A stretch of 64,000 bases of DNA, taken from the IMG/VR virus record IMGVR_UViG_3300047471_000189, positions 1 through 64,000 of that record; one strand, written 5' to 3'. This stretch comes from a virus. The first letter of the stretch is position 1. Each line of letters begins with the position of its first letter. The notes below the pieces were generated by a model, which saw nothing but the letters and a program-made list of their open reading frames with translations, made no database searches and was not told the DNA's origin. Of this stretch, positions 57,784-64,000 are shown one piece after another. The position numbers were made by a program, and so were the translations under genes.

Positions 57784-58794
57784 TTAGACCTTTTCGAGCA
57801 CGAACTCCCGAACCGTGATCGAGTTGGCCGGGGAGGCAAACCCGAACGTTACGGAAGCGAGGAAGGACAGATCAGCCAGAGCCAGAGCCGTTACTACGTT
57901 CGTTACCACGGTTGTGGTTGTGAAGTAGGAAGAGGAACCGGCTGCCAGATTCGAGCTATACCATCCCGACAGAATTCCCGATGCCGAGTCCCACTGTAGA
58001 ACAGCAGTGATCTCGAAATCGAACGTTCCGCCTGCGGTTGCAATCGACTGTGCGGCAATGGCCCCAATCGCGTGATCGTTGGCCAGAGTAGAGGACGTTC
58101 CCTGATAGAGCTTGAACCCTACCTGAGAGGTCCCTGCGGCTGGAAGAGCGCCTGCTGGGGTAATTGACCCATCATCTACGAACTGTAGAGTCGGGGCCGC
58201 AACGGTTGCCATGAACAGTTCGCCACCGGTTGTGCGCCCGTACACCTTGTACGAGGTAGCTCCGGTGACAGCGTGCCACTTGACCGTGACGGTGTTGATG
58301 TTGGTCCCCGGGGGGCCCGTGGTGATGCTGGTCTCGGTTGAGGCCAGAGAGGTTCCTCCCGAAGCGTTGACTGCCGCCACCCTGTAATAATAGGCAGTGG
58401 AGTCTAGGAGGGTTCCGCCGGTTGCCGCCGTCGTGAAGGTGTCGTTAACCGGAGCAGCTAACTGCGCTGCCGAGCTTCCGACGCCTGTGATACGAACTTT
58501 AAACGGGCGGCCATCCCATGTATCTGAGGTGAATTGGTCGTTTGATTCGCCGAACGGAAGGCCGTATTCACGTTGTGATCTTCCGGTAACGGCTTGGTTA
58601 GCGTTGATGTTCAGCTTCGAGGACGCGCCACGAATAGACCCGACCCGGGGAGCTACGACAAAAGCTGTCGCAGTCCCCGTATCGGTATTGACTACCAGAG
58701 CGGTCTCCGTAGCGGTCGCAACTGCCTGAGCAGAGAACTGATTGCGAGCCGAACTGTTTCCGGAGAAACCAGCTACACTGTTGGAGTTGCTCAT
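57784..58794 (-). CDS. probable virion structural protein, paralog of 58798-59484 with FN3-like insertion
   Basis: Shared QAVA.ATE.ALVVNTDTGTATA...GESNDQF.SD.W.GR.FK...TVREFV.EKV; insert YYYRVAAVNASG..V.W.AVTGATSYKVYGR. Confidence 0.6.
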   Translation of the reverse strand: MSNSNSVAGFSGNSSARNQFSAQAVATATETALVVNTDTGTATAFVVAPRVGSIRGASSKLNINANQAVTGRSQREYGLPFGESNDQFTSDTWDGRPFKVRITGVGSSAAQLAAPVNDTFTTAATGGTLLDSTAYYYRVAAVNASGGTSLASTETSITTGPPGTNINTVTVKWHAVTGATSYKVYGRTTGGELFMATVAAPTLQFVDDGSITPAGALPAAGTSQVGFKLYQGTSSTLANDHAIGAIAAQSIATAGGTFDFEITAVLQWDSASGILSGWYSSNLAAGSSSYFTTTTVVTNVVTALALADLSFLASVTFGFASPANSITVREFVLEKV

Positions 58795-58797
58795 TGC

Positions 58798-59484
58798 TTA
58801 GACCTTTTCTACGACGAATTCCCGGACCGTAACCGTGCTTGCTGTGGTGTTGGCCAGCTTGATGCCCGCGCAGAAGGTAAGACCGGCTGCCGCCACGCTT
58901 GTTTGCACGTTGGTGATGACCGTCGTGGTCGTGAACTGCGAGGTGGTTCCGTTCGCGATGTTCGCGGTGTAGTAGCCGGACAGAATCTGCGACGTTGGGT
59001 CCCAGAGGCCGGTGAACTCGATCAGGAAGTTGCTGGGTGTGGTCGAGGTTCCTGCACCCGGATACGCCGCGCCCGTGAGAGCGATGCGGTTTCCGGCAGT
59101 GCCGACAACCGTGGCCGCGCCGTTGTACAGGTAGAAGATTGCCGTCTGGGTTGCGCCCAAGCTGGCAATACCTGACAAGCGGATCTTGAAGGCTCTGCCG
59201 TTCCAAGAATCGGACGAGAACTGGTCGTTCGACTCGCCGGACGGAACCCCATACTCGCGTCCACCACGGGTGGTGATGGCTGCGTTCGAGTTCACGTCAA
59301 ACTTGGGGCTGGCTCCAAGAACAACTCCACCGACGGGAACGGTGACCAAGGCGGTCGCGGTACCTGTGTCGGTGTTTACAACGAGTGCGGCTTCCGTTGC
59401 CGAGGCAACAGCTTGTGTGGGAAATTTGTCTCTGAGGGTTCCGCTTCCGGCGTAACCGCCAAGTACTGTATTGGTGTTCGACAT
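58798..59484 (-). CDS. probable virion structural (decoration-like) protein
   Basis: T/A/G/S-rich beta-type protein; tandem paralog of the downstream gene. Confidence 0.55.
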   Translation of the reverse strand: MSNTNTVLGGYAGSGTLRDKFPTQAVASATEAALVVNTDTGTATALVTVPVGGVVLGASPKFDVNSNAAITTRGGREYGVPSGESNDQFSSDSWNGRAFKIRLSGIASLGATQTAIFYLYNGAATVVGTAGNRIALTGAAYPGAGTSTTPSNFLIEFTGLWDPTSQILSGYYTANIANGTTSQFTTTTVITNVQTSVAAAGLTFCAGIKLANTTASTVTVREFVVEKV

Positions 59485-59567
59485 TGATTTTTGTCCTTAA
59501 TTGATTTTGGTTACGCCCGCATCGCGGGGTGTGTTACATTCTGGTCCTCGTTGAAGGCAGGACTAAA

Positions 59568-60200
59568 TTACGAGATTGTGCTGGACCGGCTTCCGGTTTC
59601 CTTCACCGGCTTAAACACGGGACAGGCGCAGAGCTTGCCGCGCTCTACGTGGGCCGCTGCGACCCCTCCCGGGTGAACTAATACTCCGTGGTGGTCGCCC
59701 ATTGTGATCGACCCGAGTTCATGGACAATACTGCTGTGTCCAACGAGTAGGGGAGGGATTCCGCAGTCCATAAATATGTGGAGAGCTTCTTGGAAGCAGG
59801 GAGCTATCCGGCTTTTGAAATCGTTCAGGGATTCGCCGCCGGGGATCACAGAGTCCGGGTTGTCCAGATAAACTTGCAGCCGGGCTTCAGATTCCTTGTT
59901 TCTCGGAGTGCCGGAGAATGAGCCAACGTTGAGGGCCCGGAGTTGTTCAGAAGAGTGGACAGGGAGTCCTTTAGCTGCGGCTATGATCTCGGCTGTTTTA
60001 GTCGCTCGTTGTTTGTCGGAGCATAGGATGCAGGAGATATCGATGTCGGAGAACAGGTCCGCGAGCTTGTGCGCCTGCTTCAGGCCGGTTGCATCGAGAG
60101 GGGGATTGGCGTTCCCTCGAAACATTCCAGAAGCGTTGAGGACCGTCTGTCCGTGCCGAACGACATAGAAGGCGGTTTGCTTATTCTGCTGGAGAGGCAT
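59568..60200 (-). CDS. histidine phosphatase (phosphoglycerate mutase family)
   Basis: VVRHGQT..N, L..TG..QA, SD..RA..TA, PGGESL.DF..R, LVGHS. Confidence 0.9.
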   Translation of the reverse strand: MPLQQNKQTAFYVVRHGQTVLNASGMFRGNANPPLDATGLKQAHKLADLFSDIDISCILCSDKQRATKTAEIIAAAKGLPVHSSEQLRALNVGSFSGTPRNKESEARLQVYLDNPDSVIPGGESLNDFKSRIAPCFQEALHIFMDCGIPPLLVGHSSIVHELGSITMGDHHGVLVHPGGVAAAHVERGKLCACPVFKPVKETGSRSSTIS

Positions 60201-60603
60201 CAACGGGTTCCTTTGGCTTGCGCGTTCTCTGGGGCTGGGGCGGTACGGGATCGGCGGGGGCGGGCGGAACATCAGGCTCCGTTTCGGGTACATGGCCGTC
60301 AGAAAACATCGTAGCGGTGGTTACGCTCGCGACCAGAGGACCCGAGTTCTTCGCAGGGGCTTCCTCGGGGGCCGGGTACTCAAACTGGAGGCCGTCAAGT
60401 TCTACGTCTAACTCAGCTTTGAGGTCGGCCAACTCTGGATGGTTAGCCAGAGAGGATTTGCGGACAACCAAGACCTCCACAGCTTGCCGACGGTAGTCGC
60501 GCTCGGCGCAATCGTTTCGGGCTATGTCTCGCAGGACGTAATCAGGAAGGAGTTTCAGGTGAGCGTGGTAGTCAAAGAATGGGTCTTTAAGGCGGTCGGT
60601 CAT
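60181..60603 (-). CDS. hypothetical protein
   Basis: 140-aa ORF with RBS GAGG. Confidence 0.55.
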   Translation of the reverse strand: MTDRLKDPFFDYHAHLKLLPDYVLRDIARNDCAERDYRRQAVEVLVVRKSSLANHPELADLKAELDVELDGLQFEYPAPEEAPAKNSGPLVASVTTATMFSDGHVPETEPDVPPAPADPVPPQPQRTRKPKEPVDASPAE

Positions 60604-60821
60604 GAAACCTCGTGGTCCATTATTCGGACGGGGTTAAGTCAAATTCTCGGCAGTCGGATAAGAGATGGGGACATTCAATGCGACACCGGGGAGTAGAAGA
60701 ATGAGCCACCCATTCCGGGTCTCGAAAACTCATCAAGACCGTTTCGTGGTTCAGGTACGCTGGCTCTACCTGACAATCGAAATAATGTCCTCTTTTATAT
60801 GACATCATAGATTTGAAAAGT

Positions 60822-61004
60822 GCAGGTCGTAAGTTGTAACAGGTTAAGAGCGAGCTTGCCCGGCGGTAGGACCAGATTGACTACTTTTGCGGTGAGATCG
60901 TCACTGCTTTCGCCGAATCTGTTCTTTCCACCAGCCCGAACCACGTTCCCGACAACTCGGGGCTAACGAGAAGCCGGTTCAGTTCTGCGTAACAAACGAC
61001 CTGC
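60822..61004 (-). ncRNA. 183-nt structured ncRNA candidate (rod with side branch)
   Basis: 9-bp closing stem GCAGGTCGT/ACGACCTGC, nested helices (CAGATT/AATCTG, GTGA/TCAC); no ORF; G-U pairs mostly favour the minus strand. Confidence 0.55.
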
Positions 61005-61010
61005 GGGGTA

Positions 61011-61173
61011 TGTCCTTATCGGACAAACGGCTGGGGACGACCTTGGTGATCGTCCCTGTATCTCCTTCCGCGCTTGGCGGATGAGAGGGAGGCCGGGACC
61101 AAAGATGAAAGGAGGGAACATTCCTTGGTCCCGGAAACGGGCCTGAAAGTATGTATAAGGAGGCGACCCGTTT
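61011..61173 (-). ncRNA. array of five hairpins with three CCUCC motifs
   Basis: Stems at 61011-61025, 61034-61056, 61067-61081, 61093-61134 (10-bp perfect) and 61135-61173. Confidence 0.5.
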
Positions 61174-61175
61174 AA

Positions 61176-61391
61176 CTAGCGAACTCTTGTAATCTCGTGC
61201 TTGCCTTGGATGTTCTTGAAGAAGAAGTTTCCGTGGCTGTCGGCCTGCTGGTATGCCTGAGCTTTCTCAGGTGGAACGTCGTGGACAGCAAATGTCCCGT
61301 TGTTGAGGTCCAGAGTCAGGCGCTGCGCCTGTGGATCGTACCGGGCCCCTTGTACATGCGAACTGGGCTTCAGCTTGAGCGGTTGATCCAC
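61176..61391 (-). CDS. KTSC-domain protein
   Basis: SSHV..ARYD...Q.L.L...G....DVP.E......ADS.G.FF.KNI.GK. Confidence 0.8.
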   Translation of the reverse strand: MDQPLKLKPSSHVQGARYDPQAQRLTLDLNNGTFAVHDVPPEKAQAYQQADSHGNFFFKNIQGKHEITRVR

Positions 61392-61543
61392 TACTTGACC
61401 CTCTTGAGCTTGGGGTTCTTAGCCTTTGCCGCCGGGCTTGCTTTCCGGGTCGCAGACGCTAAAATGGCTCCAGCCGATTTCTTGCTGTAGCCTTCTCCTT
61501 GAATCTTGTTTTGAACTGCTTTGAAGCCGGGGTGTTTTGCCAT
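61391..61543 (-). CDS. small basic protein (50 aa)
   Basis: MAKHPGFKAVQ...KNPKLKRVK, RBS AAGGAG. Confidence 0.65.
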   Translation of the reverse strand: MAKHPGFKAVQNKIQGEGYSKKSAGAILASATRKASPAAKAKNPKLKRVK

Positions 61544-61561
61544 GTAGCTCCTTATGAAATT

Positions 61562-61665
61562 CCCAGAGAGAACAGACGCTAACGGAGACGCCCTTTCGGG
61601 CATTCTTAGCTCCCGGGTTAGGGGAGTTTTAGGCAAGAAGTAACCGTCAACTACACTACTCTGAG
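61562..61665 (-). ncRNA. Y-RNA-like ncRNA (variant without tRNA-like arms)
   Basis: Terminal stem CTCAGAG/CTCTGGG, TAGTGTAG..CTGTTCT, inner stem TTGACGG/CCGTTAG, GGTTACTTC, two hairpins including GCCC-GAAA-GGGC. Confidence 0.7.
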
Positions 61666-61671
61666 TAAAAC

Positions 61672-61808
61672 TACTGGAAGGAACAGACGAACTCGGAGAT
61701 TTTAGCGTTTTACCTTTAAACTACCGGCCCCCGAAGGGACCGACCGGGACTCGAACCCAGAACTCTTTCATTAGCATTGAAGTAACCGAACTCTACACCA
61801 TTCCAGTA
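61672..61808 (-). ncRNA. yrlA: YrlA-type Y RNA (circularly permuted tRNA mimic)
   Basis: Terminal stem TACTGGAA/TTCCAGTA; T-arm CTGGG-TTCGAGT-CCCGG, acceptor-like stem closed by TTCG, then TA and D-arm GTTT-AAAGGTA-AAAC; immediately 3' of a Ro60 gene. Confidence 0.85.
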
Positions 61809-61814
61809 AAAGAT

Positions 61815-61832
61815 GTGGGGGCGAACCCCCAC
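61815..61832 (-). terminator. hairpin after the Ro60 stop (terminator or processing signal)
   Basis: GTGGGGG-TTCG-CCCCCAC followed by ATCTTTT. Confidence 0.5.
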
Positions 61833-61834
61833 GG

Positions 61835-63160
61835 TTAGGATTGTCTTTCAAGTTCCTGAATGTAGTCTACGACAGCTTCGGACCATCCATCAATCCGGAC
61901 CCAGTCTCTTCCGCCGATTCCGTTCTGGTAAGAAGCAACGTTCAGCATGTATCCCTTGGTCCCGACTAGCGGGTTTCCGATGTTGGTTGCGGATTGCTCG
62001 TCGGTTAAGACGATAACCCGGTCGTAGCCCTTCGAAGCAGCCAGCATAACCGCCGCCTGTGTGTCAGTTCCGTGTCCGAACAACCCGCTGCCGATTGCGT
62101 CGTTTAACGCGAACCCGCGACGGGGAGGAACGAACCCGGCAGTCGATCCGAAGGCTATGATCTGGCAGTCGTCGCAGACTTCACGAAGCAACATGGCCAG
62201 AGCAGCCGCCGCGTCCCGACGGGAGATTTCCGACTTTCCGGATACAGTCGACGACATAGAACCAGAGGTATCTACGCAGAGGACCGTCTTTCCAGACAAC
62301 TTAGGTGCGTCGGCCAAGCACTTGAACATAGCCGCTTCCAACTGCGGTTCGAGCGACGGAGCGTACTTTGCAGCCGAGATGAACCGGAAAGGAAGGACAC
62401 GTTCGACCTTCATCTTCGCCAGACCCTCGCGGATCAGGCTATCCGATACTCCGGACCCCTGCATGTTACGCAGGTTGCGAAGCAAAGCCATTGCCCCGAG
62501 CTTGTTCTCGGACAGCAGGCGCTCAAATGTTCCCTTCTTGTCAGAGCCAGCGCTCAAGGAAACTTCCCATGTGTCCGGGGTTTCCAGAGTCTGGTCGACG
62601 ATCTTCTTGAACAGCACAGTCTCGTCGTTGGACGAAGGCTTTGCGTGTGTCAAGAACAGAACGTCCCGCAGCTTGATGGCCGCGTCTGACTTCTGCCACT
62701 TGGCGAATGAGTACTCGTTGAACTTGTTGAAGGCCGCAGCCAGACCCTTCTTGACCTGAGCCGAGAGGGGCTGCTTGCCATCCTTCCAGTAAATCGCGAG
62801 AAATTCCGCGATCTCGTCCGGACGCTGGATGACACGGGTGAGGGTTTCCCCTACCAGCTTGCGGGCTTCCTTGTTCGGGTGCCGGGCAAGTTCCCGTACC
62901 AAGAACAGCGGGATGTGCCGCAGCTTCATCTTTTCGCGGGCTTCGACAGCGATCTGAGACACTTCAAACGGATCGGCTTCGAGCAACGCTTCGCGGACGT
63001 ACTGGGCGTGAGAAACTCCGTCCACGTAGAAGCTGTCTTCCCACAACAGCGAGGCCATCACCAACCGGCGAAGCTTCTGGCTCTTGTTCAGACGGGCAGC
63101 CTGTGCTCCCTCGTGGGTGCGCTCCAGTACCGCCGATGCTGCATTCGTGTTCGTTCTCAT
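61835..63160 (-). CDS. rsr: Ro60/Rsr homolog (TROVE + vWA domains)
   Basis: THEGA.A, LLWEDSFY, KWQK...LRDVLFLTHAKP, TWEV.LS, MALLRNLRNM, VLPFRF, MIDAS DTSGS..T..TDEQ. Confidence 0.92.
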   Translation of the reverse strand: MRTNTNAASAVLERTHEGAQAARLNKSQKLRRLVMASLLWEDSFYVDGVSHAQYVREALLEADPFEVSQIAVEAREKMKLRHIPLFLVRELARHPNKEARKLVGETLTRVIQRPDEIAEFLAIYWKDGKQPLSAQVKKGLAAAFNKFNEYSFAKWQKSDAAIKLRDVLFLTHAKPSSNDETVLFKKIVDQTLETPDTWEVSLSAGSDKKGTFERLLSENKLGAMALLRNLRNMQGSGVSDSLIREGLAKMKVERVLPFRFISAAKYAPSLEPQLEAAMFKCLADAPKLSGKTVLCVDTSGSMSSTVSGKSEISRRDAAAALAMLLREVCDDCQIIAFGSTAGFVPPRRGFALNDAIGSGLFGHGTDTQAAVMLAASKGYDRVIVLTDEQSATNIGNPLVGTKGYMLNVASYQNGIGGRDWVRIDGWSEAVVDYIQELERQS

Positions 63161-63190
63161 GACTTCCTCCAGCCGAAGCTCGGATGATTA

Positions 63191-63258
63191 AGACCGGGAA
63201 TAAGCGGAAAGGGTAGTTTTTCATGCAAGAGAAGTAACCCTAGCCTTCACCACGGTCT
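63191..63258 (-). ncRNA. minimal Y-RNA-like element in the Ro60 leader
   Basis: Stem AGACCG/CGGTCT, TGGTGAAG..CTTATTCC, AGGG/CCCT, GGTTACTTC; same architecture as the two downstream RNAs. Confidence 0.65.
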
Positions 63259-63272
63259 GACTTGACTAAAAA

Positions 63273-63301
63273 CATTGTACCACAACGAAACTCGATTGTA
63301 T
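63273..63301 (-). promoter_or_regulatory. sigma70-type promoter of the Ro60/Y-RNA operon
   Basis: Minus strand TATACA-N17-TACAAT with extended TG (TGTGGTACAAT). Confidence 0.65.
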
Positions 63302-63320
63302 ACCCTAATCTAAAAATAAT

Positions 63321-63557
63321 TTATATCGACCGTTCTTCTTTGTCCCAAGTCTGCGGCATGTGGGTAGATACTTCGGCCCGGAGTATCGGAAGCTTTTTCT
63401 CATCTCTTGCGACTTGAAATGCCTTAGTGAAAAGTTCCGTGTCAGACTTACTATCCACTTCTTCTTGGCTGACTAACCCTAACCCGAGGGCGATCCTCAG
63501 TTGCAAGTAATGCGGCAAGTTCATGAAATCGTAGGCCAAACGCCTCTCTTCCGTCAT
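63321..63557 (-). CDS. small helical protein resembling a stand-alone GAAD adaptor domain
   Basis: R.LAY.F.NLP.....IA..LGL.........L...F..AR....L..L..EV, matched from memory only. Confidence 0.45.
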   Translation of the reverse strand: MTEERRLAYDFMNLPHYLQLRIALGLGLVSQEEVDSKSDTELFTKAFQVARDEKKLPILRAEVSTHMPQTWDKEERSI

Positions 63558-64000
63558 GCTGCTACCAACTCTTTCTCAATTTGAGAAACTTGGTCCATCC
63601 AGTCGGCTATACGGCGGTGTTCTTCCGAGGTTCCGTTGTTCTTGATTCTGTTCGCACGATAAGATATGACGGCTATATTGCCGGGGACGTACCCAAGTTC
63701 GGGATTGACGCGATCAAGGCTTGGACAAGCGTCTCTGTTGTCGTCTGCGGAACCGCGAACCAATTTGATTCCGAGTATGGGACAGAATTCGGGAATTACG
63801 ATATCGGTGTCGGCGATTGTGATTGGTAACCCAAACTTCTTTGCCCTTTTACGGGCTTCATAAAGCAGGGCCTTTTCTGGTTTCTCGTTGGCATACCGGC
63901 GGTTGTACTCCAGAAAGTAGTCTCTGTTTTCCGCTTTGTAGACTTTATTTCTCTCCGATATTTTCTCGGCATTATTCCGGTTGTACGCCTTACGGGTTGC
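63554..64000 (-). CDS. HNH-like endonuclease (5' end outside the window)
   Basis: Frame open to the window edge; ARKRAKK, CPILG, PSLDR.NP.LGYVPGN...IS.RAN..KN. Confidence 0.75.
   Translation of the reverse strand, partial: ATRKAYNRNNAEKISERNKVYKAENRDYFLEYNRRYANEKPEKALLYEARKRAKKFGLPITIADTDIVIPEFCPILGIKLVRGSADDNRDACPSLDRVNPELGYVPGNIAVISYRANRIKNNGTSEEHRRIADWMDQVSQIEKELVAA

Larger units (their letters stand above)
2524..60629. repeat. dispersed 15-bp motif GTCCRRAWAATGGAC (about 22 copies)
   Basis: + orientation: 2524, 5040, 7499, 8070 (partial), 8256, 11272, 12260, 17261, 19514, 23172, 31843, 44046, 54953; - orientation: 13424, 23874, 25509, 28237, 33895, 35194, 38145, 57759, 60615. Confidence 0.9.
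1538..63588. repeat. dispersed 17-bp palindrome TTTCTCAAWTTGAGAAA (4 copies)
   Basis: 1538-1554, 7140-7156, 15994-16010, 63572-63588. Confidence 0.85.

Noticed and set aside
2524-60629. CRISPR array or integron attC array from the 15-bp repeat
   Set aside because: Copies are dispersed at irregular kb-scale spacing, in both orientations, and lack spacer periodicity or attC-type structure; no cas or integrase gene is seen.
25547-60696. Numerous + strand ORFs opposite the structural genes (and - strand ORFs in 1-25 kb)
   Set aside because: Shadow ORFs of GC-rich coding sequence with no recognisable motifs, overlapping well-supported genes.
61544-61636. N-terminal extension of ORF 61391-61636
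   Set aside because: It overlaps the Y-like RNA; a strong RBS precedes the ATG at 61543.
61700-61775. Canonical tRNA gene (T-loop GGTTCGAGTCCC)
   Set aside because: Arms are in permuted order, the acceptor stem is closed by a loop, and there is no anticodon arm or CCA; it fits a YrlA-type mimic.

Overview
A 64-kb stretch of a large tailed-phage genome, or a prophage with no integrase in view. The tail module looks podovirus-like, and the secreted-protein domain repertoire points to an Acidobacteriota-like host (inference). It has two convergent arms meeting at a hairpin near 24.95 kb. The + arm (1-24.9 kb) carries replication, recombination and nucleotide genes: DnaX-like AAA+ clamp loader, Bet-type annealase, SSB, a UvrD-family helicase split into two ORFs, PD-(D/E)XK nuclease, primase-helicase, beta clamp, ECF-like sigma factor, EndoVII, HNH proteins, phosphoesterases and many small ORFs. 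The - arm (64-25 kb) carries an RNA-handling island, then virion genes. The most unusual features are: (1) a Ro60/TROVE gene with three related Y-RNA-like elements (a 68-nt one in its own leader, a circularly permuted tRNA mimic of YrlA type, and a third variant), followed by a KTSC protein, about 360 nt of further structured RNA and a histidine phosphatase; (2) a 15-bp quasi-palindrome GTCCRRAWAATGGAC found about 22 times, mostly co-oriented with transcription and half at gene junctions, plus a second 17-bp palindrome found 4 times; (3) four consecutive tail-fibre/spike-like genes that all start with Sec-type signal peptides; (4) a 3286-aa polyvalent protein whose enzyme modules are bounded by a repeated L-x-[AS]-R-[DEG] linker. 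All calls are from manual motif recognition; no database searches were run.
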